The translations under genes and the position numbers were made by a program. Shown here one piece after another: positions 35,860 through 48,295 of a DNA stretch of 64,000 nucleotides. The DNA lies in assembly GCA_043228905.1 (NCBI GenBank), contig JBHGNT010000004.1, positions 13,454,001 through 13,518,000 of the forward strand, written 5' to 3'. The first letter of the stretch is position 1; the number at the start of each line of letters is the position of its first letter. A model generated the notes under the pieces. It was not told the DNA's origin. It did no database searches and was given only the letters and a program-made list of their open reading frames with translations. The stretch is from Azolla caroliniana. Its lineage: Eukaryota; Plantae; Polypodiophyta.

Positions 35860-36425
35860 AGAGATTTTTGGCACTCACGTGTTGTAGGTCTCCAAGTAGC
35901 TGTAGGAGTCATTGATGGATGTCCCATAGCATCAGGAGATATAGTCGAGGAGTCCGAGCCAATTAGGATAGTTCTTGGCGATTTGGCAAGCATAATCTCT
36001 TTCAACATTATTTGTAGTCCGGAACACCCAATAGTTCTAGGTCTCCCTTGGTTTGAACTCCATAACCCAAAGATTGATTGGATGAAAAGAACAATTGAGG
36101 AGACCCAGGAAAAAAGCACAAATGCTGCATCCCTCTCTCCTACATGTGATAATAGATCCCCAAAGTTATCAACCATCTCTTTACGACAATTGTGGGAGGA
36201 AGGGGGGAACGAGGCCATGTTCGTCTTCACAATAGTAGCAACTCCATCATCCACTTCACGTGAAGCGGACATTAAACTACCAGAGAAATACAAGGAGTTT
36301 TCAGATGTCTTTGATAAGGTGAAGGCCGATACATTGCTGGAGCATCGGCCATACAACTGCCCTATTGACTTACAACCAGGGAAAGAACCTCCATGGGGCC
36401 CAATTTATAATCTCTCCCCTGTAGA
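35860..36425 (+). pseudogene. Chromovirus-type Gypsy protease-RT linker fragment
   Basis: PIVLGLPWFELHNPKIDW and LPEKYKEFSDVFDK...HRPYNCPIDLQPGKEPPWGPIYNLS. Confidence 0.8.
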
Positions 36426-36944
36426 GCCTTCTTTCGAGCTACCTTATCCGCGCCACCAATAATTCTTCTCGGCTCATCTCGTTCTCCCATGGTATCGCTA
36501 CCCATGAGGCGATCATTCTTTCGATAGGCATTACCCCACTCTATCCATACATGAGCTCTATTCGCATATAGCTTGTCCTAGAACTGTGCGTAGTTTTGTC
36601 GGCCCAAAAGGCATAGGGCAATAGGGGTGGCCAGTTCCCGACTCTACCATTGCATGCCCGTACGATGGCTTTGACTATTGGCCCATGCCCTCACTTGATC
36701 TTCCCATTCGCTTCCGGATTGTAGGCAATCATGACACAAAGCTTCATGCCTAGTCGCTCGAAGAGCCCCATTGCTTCGTGTGCATCCAGCTCCCTTTGGT
36801 CGGCCACTATCTTTCCTACACATCCATATCAGGATACGACCTCTTCGAGTAGAAATTTGCAAACGACTAACATCATCCTATTTGCCAAGGCATGTCCTTC
36901 CACTTGATTTGTTAGGTCTATGTTGGCCATTGGCGGCCAATGTA

Positions 36945-38418
36945 TGTGATAGGGAAATGGACGAGCTGGTTTCCGGATATGATAATAATAATATTAATAG
37001 TTAAGAATTATTATAGGAACAGACGAATACAAGATAGGTATGCCGATCCGGATCAAGACCGGTGTCGTGTGGTTTTCACACACGATATGAAAACTAGTAA
37101 AATAAGTATTTAAGATTAGCTTAATGGATTGATATGAGAAGATGGATATCTTCAAGAGCTTCATAACGCAGTTTTCTATGCATGAAACGGATAAATAAGT
37201 GTATCATGTTATGTGAGAGTGAAGTTTGAGAAGATTAGGAAAAACAAAACTGTGTGATATCCCACATAGATAGGACAACATTGGATCCCATATTATATAA
37301 GGAGAGAATGTTTATGTGTGAAGCACAGAATGTTCAAGGTGACTTGGGCTAAATTGTGTGGATGAATGGCACAAATGATTTTGGGTCATGGCGTACGACG
37401 CGGTTGGGACGCGCGCGTGTGTGCGAATGAGTTCGCGGAAGCGTACACGGCGCGGTCTGGACGCGCGTGTGTGCGGATGCGTACACGGTGCATGTGTGTT
37501 GACGTGCATGCGGATGTGTCCAGACGTGGTCGGGATGTGCGGACGTGCGCGGATGCCTACACTGCGCGGTCGGGACTCGCCTATGGTTTGGTTGTGACAG
37601 ATGTACAGATTACGCACGAGTTGAACTTTATGGATTATTGTGGATCATGTGGCCGAATTATACAAACGGTCGCATGCAACTAAAAGTAAAGGCGAAGCAA
37701 CTAAAAAAGGAGGTCATGCAACTAAAAATAAAGGCCAAGCAACTAAAAATGGAGGCCATGCAACGAAAAGTGGGGGAGGGAAAGGAACATGAAAGGAGGG
37801 ATCAACAAAGAAACCCATATAAATTTCCATTTTTTCCTACACTCTCTCCATTTATTTTTTTCTTTTCCTTCTCTCTCTTATCTTACGGAAGCCATAAGAC
37901 TCAAAAACCCTAAATTTTCTTTTCTATTAATCTTAGTAAACCTAAAACTTTTGAATCCCAATCTTGGGACATATTGTAATTTTTCTCTTTCTTTACTAAT
38001 AAAATTTATCAAACTTTCTTTACAAAAACGCACGAATTTGATATCCTCTGGTAGTAGGCCTCGGGGTCCTACCTCAAGTTCACTGTCCTTGTCGTATTTT
38101 CGCGACACCGGTTCGTAGTCGGTGGCTGGTTAGGCACCGTTTTGTAGCACAGAACCGGATGCCTATAAAAGGATCCGGGGGTCGATGTATTAAGAGGACA
38201 AAATATTAATATAATAGACTTCTGTTATTGTTATCCTAATCATCTTTATGTTTCTATTACATTCTGCACTCAATGTATGGATCTTACGCGTGTAATCTAT
38301 GTGTGTTGTGAATCCGGATACCGAACCGAAAGATAACCGATCATAGTTGTTAGTGTTGAATCCCTTACCATAACCACCCTTTGGTGAATTGATCTGAAAG
38401 TACACCTTGTGTTAGTGG
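36945..38418. repeat. Long LTR-like segment of an unidentified element, interrupted by Copia I
   Basis: Starts TG, non-coding; CG-rich short repeats 37390-37575; GCAACTAAAA repeats at about 21-bp spacing 37676-37770; CTATAAAA at about 38163. Confidence 0.4.
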
Positions 38419-41400
38419 TGTTGAACGAGCAAGCTCAACTGGATCCGGATTGGCTAGATAAGCCTGAGGCGGATCAGTATTCAAAACGAAGAACCAGATG
38501 ATATCCGGATCGGTATCCAGATGATATCCAGAACAAGGAACCGGATCAGAGAGATGGATCGGGGAGCCGGATTCAAATGTGAACCAAAAGGCTAGTAGTA
38601 GCCTATACACGTCTAGACTACTAGGTAGTTAGAGTCCTCGTAGTTAGTGTCAATCACTCGTATCAGCATTGAAGTACATAATACTTCTATCAGTCCTTTA
38701 TGAACTTGTATAAAAATGCTCTCTAAGCACATTCTATGTATAGAGTGATATACAGAGTGTTATTACTTTTTGAATAGAGTTTATGTTTTGATATCTCTGG
38801 GTCTCTCCCACGCATATTCTCTGTGTTAAGCTTCCATTGAACCTTTCTCTCTATTGTTGCTATCCGGTAGAGCCGGTTTGTAATATGCTTCCGCATGTTC
38901 ACATTAACATGGTATCAGACTGCAAGGGTTGAGAACCTCTACAACCGACTGACGATTTCGAAGATAAACCCAAATACCCGGTAAGGAGAGATAGAGAAAG
39001 ATATGGACAGAGGTATGGCGAGTTCACTTCCCACACAGAAGCTCGACCGGAGCAACTATGCGTCTTGGTCATATAAAATGCACCAGCACCTGCTGGGGCA
39101 TGGATATTGGAGCTACGTGGAAGGAACCAACGAGGTAGCACTGAAGCCGGTACACAAGGACTTCCTGACATGGGAGCAAGGAGCGAGCCGAGTATTGTAC
39201 TCCCTCGCCTCCTGTGTGCGCGATTAGATGCTCGTCTACATCAAGGATGCAAAGACGCCAAACGAGGCTTGGGGAAATCTATGGAAGATTTTCGCCGCAA
39301 GTATCACAACCCGTAAGTTGTAGCTCCGACAGGAGCTGAACAACATCCTGCAAAGAGATATGTCGGTTACGGACTACGCCACTAAGATAAAGGAGAATTG
39401 TGATGCGCTCGAGTCCATCAATGGGATGGTGGACGAATACGAGATGGTCCAGATTTGTCTCGGTGGTCTAGCACAACGGTAAGGGCCAATCCGGATGGCA
39501 ATTTGCACCCGGGAGAAACCACTGTCCTTCTTTGACTTACAATCAATGTTGATGGTCGAAGAAAACCACGCGAGTGGGTCGAGGACCACTGAATTGTTGG
39601 GAAAATCGGTCTCTCCGGATGGGATCCGGTGATGAATAAAGAGGACCCGGTGAGAACCGGAAGAGAAAACAGATTTGTAAATATGTCTTGAATAAGCCCA
39701 TTGAGGCTATATTTGTAAATAGCCCTAAGTTCATATAACTATAAATATGACTTAGGGCAATCACTTTAGTAGTGTGTGATTGTGTTGTTGTCATATTGTT
39801 GTAACTGTTGTATAGAGAGAGAGAGAGATATATATATAGAGAGATATTGTGTTGTAACTGCCATTGTGCGAAGAAACAGAGCTCGAGTTCATTCCTTCTA
39901 GTCTTTGATTATAACCCTTCTCTTCATAGTGATAGTTCGGAGTCTATGGGCTCCCGTGGTTTTTCCCTATTAGGGTTTTCCACGTAAACATCTTGTGTCA
40001 TTTTTCTTGTGTACTCTCCACTTCCCATTTCTGTGTTTGATTCTTATAGAAATGATTTACTACTCGGTTGTGGCCAAGCGATATTCCGCGCATTTCTCAT
40101 CAAACTGGTATCAGAGCGAACAACACAGGAAATGGAAGAATCTTACGGCGGCATGTTGAAGCTCACCGGCTCCAACTACTCAGTGTGACAGTCGAAGATG
40201 AGGGACATGCTGGTGGTTAAAGATCTTTGGTTGCCGGTTCAGTTCGGGGACAAGAGACCGGATAAGATCGACGCCATAGTGTGGGAGGTGATGCACATGA
40301 AGACGTTGGCATACATCTGGTACTTCATCGACATGAGCCTGTAAAATAACTTCAATGAAGAGAGAAAGGCTCATGAACTCTGGGAGAAGATCAGCATCAT
40401 GTTCTAGAACAAGAATGCCATTAATTAGCTTTCGGCATTTCAGAAGCTAGTGACGATCCATTACCGAGACGGATTCAGTATGGCAGAGCACATGAATGCC
40501 TTCCAGGGGCTGATATACCAAGCAACCTTGTTGGAAGTACCTCTCACCGATGAGGTACTTTCTCTACACTTGCTCGGTTCCCTCCCGGATAGCTGGCAGA
40601 CATTAGTTGTCATGTTGGGCAACGCCGGGCCGGAAGGAAAATAGCTATCCCTAGCAAGAGTCAAGTTGAGCTTGCTAGATGAGGAGGCGTGTTAGAAAGA
40701 CAAGGAGGTGATCTCTAACGCGAAAGCCCTCCTTACCAAATCGGAACGCGGAAGACAAAGGAATCGGAGTCCCCAGAACCGGGAAAAGTCGGGGACACGG
40801 TCAAAGCCAAGGGGGAGGTCCACAATCTTCTATTGCGGCAAGCCGGGGCACTTCCAGAAGAACCGTCGGCATTTCCGGAAAGACAAGGGAACTGACAATA
40901 CCAATTCGAAGAAGTCACTGGACCGAAACGGTTCGGATCGGTGAGGCCCGGACCGGAAGGGAACGACGACGATCGCGGCAAGTGAAGAAGAACTAATGCC
41001 CATCACTGAGCAGAGTGAGTTCAACCTTGCCGTCGACGAGACAACGTGGGTTGTCGATTCCGGAGCGTCATTCCACCTTACCCCGGACCGGTAATGCTTC
41101 TCATCCTACACCACCGGTGAGCACAGTTGTGTTTGGATGGGGAATGAAGGGACATGCCGAATTATCGGCATAAGAGATGTGTTGTTGACGACATCAACCG
41201 GATGCAAGTTGCTGCTGAAGGATATCCGACACGTTCCGGAGGTTCGACTGAACTTGATATCAGCCGGTCGGCTAGATGATCAAGGCTACATAGGTAGCAT
41301 CCGGAACAGTGTCATGAAGTTCTGCAAAGGGAGCTTAATAGTGGCTCGCGCCTGGAAGGTCAACACACTGTACTTGATGAATACCCTGATATGCCGGGAA

Positions 41401-41816
41401 GAAGTGAACGTAGCATCCGACATTGCCGGTGAGCTGTGGCACAAAAGACTGTGTCACATGAGTAAGAAGGGGATGAAGAGGCTGGCCGAAGACAACCTCA
41501 TTCCGGTGAAGGACGTGCAACTTGAGAAGTGCACCGACTTCCTGGCCGGCAAGCAAAACCGAATCTCCTTCCGGTCAAGACTACGGATGAGACAGAATGC
41601 ACCACTAGAGTTGGTGCATACCGATGTGTGTCAAGTAGATACGAAGTCACATGCTGGATCATAGTACTTCGTGACATTCATAGATGACCACAACCGGAAA
41701 CTGTGGGTCTCACCGTTGAAGACGAAGGATCAGGTGTTGACTGTGTTCAAGGAACTCCACTCGAGAGTGGAAAGAGAAACCGACCAGAAGCTGAAGGCGG
41801 TTCGAGCAGACAACGT

Positions 41817-42592
41817 TGTCGTGAAGAAAACCGTCCATAGGCGGAATCGGCGCACCTAGGCGTGGGAACCGGTTCTTCACGCGCGCAAGCTCCAAGTTGT
41901 ACATAGAAGCGAATTAGGAGGATAATCGGCAGGAACGGGCCCTAGCACAAGTGGAGACAAAGACCGCGCGAACAGTCTTTTCGGTCGCGCGCGCGAGCGA
42001 AGGAACTGTACGAGTCGGCGGCGTAACTACGCGGACGCATGAAGGACGGAGCGGATCCCTGTCCAAAAGGGACAGGGAATAAAGCTGACATGACGGCCTG
42101 CTCGTCGGGCTATAAAAAGAGGAGGAAAGAGCTGTTGCAGGGATCTCGCGCGGAGAGGACGAAGTGCTGTCGGACCGTTTCTGGACGCTTCTCTCTCTTT
42201 GTTTCCTTCCTTCTTGAGCTCCATAGCTTTCTGTGCAGGGTTCCGAAGGGCTCGCGCTGTTTCGAGGAACGCCCGAGTGCTTCCGGCAGCCCCATTGTGC
42301 GTCGAAGCGAACAGGCATCGGCATCTGTTCGCCGGCCTGTTCGGTTGTAACCAACCTGTGCCCCATCGAGGGTTGTAGTCGTGTTAGCCATTTTGTTAAT
42401 ATACATATTTAGTCATTCGCATCTGTCTGTGTCGGTGTCTGTTCGCGTTCTCCGTGCTGAAGGGCCGTGTCCCTGTGTATCCCCGGTCCTGCGTAGCCGG
42501 TTCTCTCTCTTTCTCCTCCCTCGCTTGCTCTTTGGTTCGAGACCCCCGCGGTCCCGCCTCAATTCCACACGCACTTGCGTAATATCTCGACA
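41817..42592 (+). repeat. 5' LTR of H
   Basis: TGTCGTG...TCGACA; CTATAAAA at about 42110. Confidence 0.97.
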
Positions 42593-42596
42593 TATT

Positions 42597-42614
42597 TGGT
42601 GAACCCGACGTGAA
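42597..42614 (+). promoter_or_regulatory. Primer binding site complementary to tRNA-Trp(CCA)
   Basis: TGGTGAACCCGACGTGAA is the reverse complement of the plant cytosolic tRNA-Trp 3' end; an identical site is present in K. Confidence 0.85.
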
Positions 42615-42636
42615 AGAGGCGGCAGAAGAGCAGAAG

Positions 42637-44763
42637 ATGAGGGGGTCGGATCTTGCAGAGGCCATGGCTTCGGCCGTGGATCGGATTGTAAACGCGCGCG
42701 AGGGCACAGGTGCCCTCGACAGAGCTATTGAGGCGGTCGTCGGCACGATCGGCCGGTTCGATGGGAAGGATGCCACGAAGTATTTGGCGTCCTACGGTGC
42801 AGAGATGCTGATGCGGGACATTCCGGAAGAAAGGCGTCTTGCCGGATTTCCCCGAGTGGCGATGCCGAGCATCCATGCGGAGGTGCTCGAGGTGCGGACG
42901 GAGAGCCGTACCTGGGAGGAGTTCGAAGGTCGGCTCCTAGAGAAATACGGGCTGGACGACACGCTCCGGCTTTCGAAGCGAAGGTTCATGGAATGGGTGG
43001 AGTCCCCGGGGAAGGGAAGAAACGCGTCGGCGCTCCTCCGGGAGTTCGAGGAAAACTTTGCGCGCCTTTCGGCGCTCGACCGAACCATCCTGGACACGAG
43101 CCGGGTCTTGCTGTTTGTCAAGTCGGTCGACGAGCGGGATCGGGAGCAAGTGGGCCTCTTGCTGGAAACCGAAGACGGGCTCACTACCGACTGGGCGGCT
43201 GTCAGGAAGGTCTGTGGCCGTTTCGACAAACGGCGAGAATGGGCGGATAACGGGGCAACCGGGTCGGGCTCGGTCGCAGCAAGGAAGCTCGAACCAGCGC
43301 CACAGGTGCGAAAGGAAGAGACCCGAGAGTGGTTGGATACCGGTTCGGCTTCGACCGGCGTAGTCAGAGGCTCAACCGGAGGAGCGGCGCTGGAGGAATT
43401 GACGAAGGCGATAAAGGACCTCCAAATCGCGCAGGCCCGAAGGGAAGGAGGCGAACCGGCTCGTGACCGACGGCCGGCGGCAGGAAACAGGTGCATGTGG
43501 TGCGATGAAGTCGGCCACATTCGGAAGGACTGCGGCGACTTCGCGGAGGCGCTGAGGAACAGGGTGGTGTACCCGTGGGAAGGACGGGTGCATGCCAGCG
43601 ACACCCGAAGGGCCCTGAGCCGAAACGACGGGCGAGGTGGTATGAAAAGGTTGATGGAAGAGGCGGCGGCCCGACACGCGGAAACCGTCCACTACTCGGC
43701 GTCGGCCGGCATTCGAGTCGGGGGCGGCGAGGCCCGAAGGGAAAGCAAAGCCGGATTCTGGCCGACGATGCTGGAAGGCCTTGCCGGTGCAAGGCTAAAA
43801 GGGGAGGAATCGGACCGTGCGGAGAAACGAGTACGGGAGATGACCGGGTGGAGCGACCCGGTCGAGGAAAGGACGGGCTTCGTGGAAGCCGCTTGCCAGA
43901 ACTACGAGGCTCTGGTAGAAGAGAAGCGGGTGGGGAAACCCGGGACGACCGGGCTCTCACAACGATACGAGACCCGATCCGGGCTACGACGGGACGAAGC
44001 CGGCGGGGCCGGTACGCAAGATAAACCCCAGAAGGGCGGGTACCGTCTGGGGACGGAGATAGAAAGGACCACGGACTTACGAAAGGTCCTGGAGGAGCGG
44101 ATCCTCGACAGTAAGGTGGAGTTGTCGTTACGAGAGGTGCTGGGAATCGCCAAGAAGGAGTTCCACGACTCCATCGTGGACTTGGTGAAACGGAAGAGGC
44201 TGTCAACGGAGACAGAACCGGAAAGACCGGTGGAAGTGCGGACGACGCACCTAGACGACATGGCGCTGGGAGACGAGTGGGCGGAAAGCCACTATTCGAG
44301 ACCACACTGGGCCCGAGCGACCACGGAAACCCCGGTGAAGATCGGCGATGTCCAGGAACCGGCGATAGCTTTGGTGGACCATGGATCGGAGATCAATTTG
44401 ATGTCCATGGACTTCTATAAGAAGGGCAAATGGCCGATCAACACCAAGCACGGGTGGAAAATAAGGGCAGCAACGCGCGCCACCGAGGAACTGCACGGGG
44501 CCTGTCCGAATGTGCGAGTCAAGATCGGCGACGTCGAGATTGACCAGCACTTCTTCGTGCAGGAGACGTCTTCGCATCCGGTCATACTGGGAGAGCCGTA
44601 CATCACGGCGGCGCGAATGGAGACCAAGGTGCTGGACAATGGTTCGGCCTACGCGAGGGTCAAAAGCCAAGACGGGCGCCATTCGGTCCAGTTTCTGACG
44701 GTACGGCCGAACCACGAACGTAACCGCGATTCCCTCGGTTCCGAAAACCGAGAGGATTTTTAG
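42637..44763 (+). CDS. Gypsy H Gag-protease
   Basis: Open frame from ATG 42637; zinc knuckle CMWCDEVGHIRKDC; protease ALVDHGSEIN and VILGEPY. Confidence 0.9.
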   Translation: MRGSDLAEAMASAVDRIVNAREGTGALDRAIEAVVGTIGRFDGKDATKYLASYGAEMLMRDIPEERRLAGFPRVAMPSIHAEVLEVRTESRTWEEFEGRLLEKYGLDDTLRLSKRRFMEWVESPGKGRNASALLREFEENFARLSALDRTILDTSRVLLFVKSVDERDREQVGLLLETEDGLTTDWAAVRKVCGRFDKRREWADNGATGSGSVAARKLEPAPQVRKEETREWLDTGSASTGVVRGSTGGAALEELTKAIKDLQIAQARREGGEPARDRRPAAGNRCMWCDEVGHIRKDCGDFAEALRNRVVYPWEGRVHASDTRRALSRNDGRGGMKRLMEEAAARHAETVHYSASAGIRVGGGEARRESKAGFWPTMLEGLAGARLKGEESDRAEKRVREMTGWSDPVEERTGFVEAACQNYEALVEEKRVGKPGTTGLSQRYETRSGLRRDEAGGAGTQDKPQKGGYRLGTEIERTTDLRKVLEERILDSKVELSLREVLGIAKKEFHDSIVDLVKRKRLSTETEPERPVEVRTTHLDDMALGDEWAESHYSRPHWARATTETPVKIGDVQEPAIALVDHGSEINLMSMDFYKKGKWPINTKHGWKIRAATRATEELHGACPNVRVKIGDVEIDQHFFVQETSSHPVILGEPYITAARMETKVLDNGSAYARVKSQDGRHSVQFLTVRPNHERNRDSLGSENREDF

Positions 44764-44819
44764 AGAGGACTGCCAAGGCGTGGGGCCGCGACAGTCCGGA
44801 TGCTCCGGAAAAACCCCAC
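44754..44819 (+). promoter_or_regulatory. -1 programmed ribosomal frameshift signal (G GAU UUU plus H-type pseudoknot)
   Basis: Heptamer 44754-44760; stem 1 GGACTG / CAGTCC; stem 2 GTGGGG / CCCCAC; the -1 frame is open into pol; conserved in K. Confidence 0.85.
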
Positions 44820-47800
44820 ATCTGTACGATAAAACCGTGTACAATAGGTAGGAAATTTTGCTTCTCCGACAGCGGAGCATGTACGATGGTCAGCATCACC
44901 GGCCGAGAGAAAACAAAGACGGAGGGGAGACTTCGGGCGTGCGGAGTTCTCGGCCCTGACGAAGGAATCAACGGAGCCGTGGAGGCAGTCTCCTTCGACG
45001 ACACCTTGGGAATGCTGGGGAAGGTAGTCGAAGAAGACCTTAACGAAGACCGGACGATACCGGTATGTTCCGAAGAAATGTACGAAGTCATCGCGGACTT
45101 CGGTCGAGGGCTCGAGTCGGAACGGACGGCCCGAGTGAGCACCAAGTACAAGACGGTGGACCGGAAGGTGAGGCCAGTTGCGGCGCCCTTACCGGAGGGC
45201 AGTGAATCCCGGATTAAAGGGGTTGCATCGGACCCCAGCTTACGAGATCGGGCCTGCATAGGACACACCTTCACCAACGAGACGCTCCGCGAGCTGAAGA
45301 TCGGTGGGGGCGGGTTCCTACTGCCGGCGGAGGAAGACCGGTTCCGGAGAATGCTCGGAAGGCACGGGAAAGCCTTCGCATTCTCACCGGAGGAAATCGG
45401 GTGCGTAGACCCGACGATCGTAGAACCGATGGTGATATTCACAGTACCGCATGTACCGTGGAATCTCAAGCCAATTCCGGTTCCGAGAGCTCACATCCCG
45501 AAGTTGATGGGGCTGTTGAAGCAGAAAGTTGATATGGGCATTCTTGAGCCATCGAGCGCCCCGTATTCAAACCGATGGTTTACCGTACCAAAGAAAAACG
45601 GATCATTGCGCTTCATTCAGGACCTGCAGCCGGTCAACAGAGTGACCATTCGGAACGCAGGGATCGGACCGACCATAGACGAGTTCGCGGAGGCCTTCGC
45701 CGGAAGGTCGATTTACTCGGTCGGTGATCTATACTCAGGGTACGACCAGTTCCAGCTAGCCGTGGAGAGCAGAGACATTACGACGATGCGAACTCCCCTC
45801 GGCCTAGTGCGGATGTGTACGCTGCCGCAAGGAGGGACCAACTCGGTGGCCCACATGGTGAATGCAATGAACAAGGTGCTGAGGGACTGCATCCCGGACA
45901 TCACCATGCCGTTTCTAGACGACATCCCGATCAAGGGATGCCCGGTAGAAGAGAAGGACGAGACGGTCGGGCCGGACGGATGCCGGCGATTCGTGATGGC
46001 GCACATCGACGACTGCGAGAAGGTGCTGCGAAGGCTAGAGGATGCGAGGCTCACCTTCTCGGGGGAGAAATCAGCCTTCGGGCAGTCGGAAATCATGGTG
46101 GTCGGACACTTATGTGGGCCATATGGCCGGAAACCGTCTCCGGCAAAGGTAGAAGCCATCTCCGCGATGAAGCCCGACTGCAGCTCGGTCACGGAAGTAC
46201 GAAGATTCCTGGGGGCATGCGCATTCTACCACATATGGATCCCGCATTACGCCCACGTTGCGGAGCCGCTATACGGATTACTGAGGAAAGGGCGAAGATT
46301 AGAATGGCTAGACAAGCACACGGAGTCGGTCCAGAAGCTGAAGGAGGCTCTTTCGGCAGCACCGGCGCTCCGAAAGGCCGTCTACAGGAAGGGCACCCCA
46401 GTGTACATAACGGTTGACACGAGTCCGACCGGAATCGGGTGGGTCGTCAACCAAGAAGACGAGGACGGCAATCGGTTTCCGATCCGATTCGGCGCGAAGG
46501 TCCTCAGCGAACGGCAGCGAGGATACGCCCAGGTTAAACGCGAACTCTGGGGTATCGTTTCGGCGGTGAAGGCCGACAAGGACTATCTGATCGGGACGGA
46601 GGTAGTCATAGAGACGGATTGCATGCCGATTCTCGGCATGGTTTCCGGATGCGCGACGCCGGACCTGGCAATGCTCAGGTGGATAGCGTACATCAAGTCC
46701 CTAGACCCGGTAATACGACACATTTCCGGGAAAGACAACGCCATGGCCGACATGCTTTCAAGGGCGAGATTCGATGACGAGGGCGGCATGGTTTCGGAGG
46801 ACGAAGAGGTCGGCGTGGACTTCTTCGAGACTGCGTATGTAACAACCGACGGGACAAACACTCCGGCGCTTAGCGACTTCGACGCGAGCAAGTACGACGG
46901 GGAGTGGCTGCAGATCGGTGGGTTTTTGAAGACAATGACGCCCGATGCGTCATGGACGAAGGACGAGGCCAACCGGATCCGGAAGAAAGCGTACCGGTTC
47001 TTTCTTCGGGATGGCTATCTATGGAGGCACCCGAAGAAGAGGGACGGCGCTCCGCTCCGGGTGGTGGCGATGAAGGAAGAATAGGAGGAGCTGCTGACGG
47101 CCTACCACGACAGCCCTTGGGCTGGACACCGTGGAACATGGGCTACGTTTGAGAAACTGAAGGGGAAGTATTGGTGGCCGGGGCAGTACCAGGACGTGCA
47201 TCGGTTCGTGACAACTTGCGAGAGCTGCCAGATGCACTCCATAGTCCGACATCGAGACGAGCTTCACCCTACGTACCCTCCGGCCATCCATTTCAAATGG
47301 ATGGTAGATCTGATAACGATGCCAATGGGAGTAGGACAGATGCGGTACCTGGTCCTAGCGCGGGAGGATCTGACGAACCAGGTGGAAGGCCGGGCCCTTC
47401 CGAACAAAACGACCGCGGCCGTATGCCGGTTCCTAATCGAGGACGTGATATGCCGGTACGGGTGCGTCGGGAAGATCGTGGCTGACCGAGGGGAGTTGGA
47501 CGCCGAAGAAGCCGCGGAGCTGTTCGACCGGCTGGGAGTCAAGCTCTCGCTCACCACTGCGTACAATCCGGAGGCGAATGGAAAGGTGGAGCGCGGACAC
47601 GGACCGATCGTCAAGGCGTTGGTCCGGGCATGCGGAGGCCGAGTCGGTGACTGGCCGCGGCTGCTACCTTATGCTTTGTGGGCAGACCGGACCACGCACA
47701 GTTCGGTAACCGGGTACATGCCGACGGAGCTCATGTTCGGCCAGAAGCCGATCATGCCGATGGAACGGACGATCTCCTCGTGGGCAACGGTCGACTGGAG

Positions 47801-48224
47801 GGACGAGATGAGCCGGGAGGAGTTGTTGGCCGCGCGTATACGACAACTCGGGCGGAGGCCGGAGGACGTGGAACTGGCTGCGGAGAAGCTCCGGGTGGCG
47901 AGGACAAAGAACAAAGCCAGGTTCGACCGAACGCACCGGCTCCGACCGAAGAAAATCGAAGAAGGTGACTGGGTGCTCGTCTACGACAGCAGCCTCGACA
48001 ACCAGCACCGAGCCACACGGAAGTTCGCACGAAGGTGGTTCGGGCCTTACGTGGTACGGAGCGCCAATGACAACGGGACATATCACCTGGCGGAACTTGA
48101 CGGCACGAGAGTGGCGATACCGGTTGCAGGGAAGCGGATCAAAGCGTTCAAGAAGCGACATGACGACGAGCCGGACCCGGCTCTCCTAGTCAGCAGTGAC
48201 GAACGATCCGAAAACGAGGAATGA
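44754..48224 (+). CDS. Gypsy H Pol (RT-RNaseH-integrase) in the -1 frame; one in-frame TAG at 47082
   Basis: PKKNGSLRFIQDL, MPFLDDIP, VDTSPTGIG, HHCC, ADRGELD, ANGKVERG, WFGPY. Confidence 0.9.
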
Positions 48225-48295
48225 AGACGGGCCGGTTTTCTCCGTCCCAACTCTCTTGGCGCATACCGGAGGATGCGCGGTTAGGTGGGGGCGGA

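Larger units (their letters stand above)
32690..36944. other. Mosaic of duplicated retroelement fragments
   Basis: TCTAGA-rich LTR fragment at 32693-32787 and 35752-35847. H/K-type integrase fragments (minus) at 32900-33775, about 500 bp of which recur at 36428-36930. A tandem pair of about 230 bp lies at 33774-34220. Confidence 0.7.

Noticed and set aside
47082-47084. In-frame TAG in H pol as programmed readthrough
   Set aside because: K has Gln at the equivalent position (TKEQR), so this is a CAG-to-TAG mutation.
42792-48161. Many long antisense and alternative-frame ORFs over Gypsy H (and K, F)
   Set aside because: These are shadows of GC-rich gag-pol coding sequence with no independent motifs.
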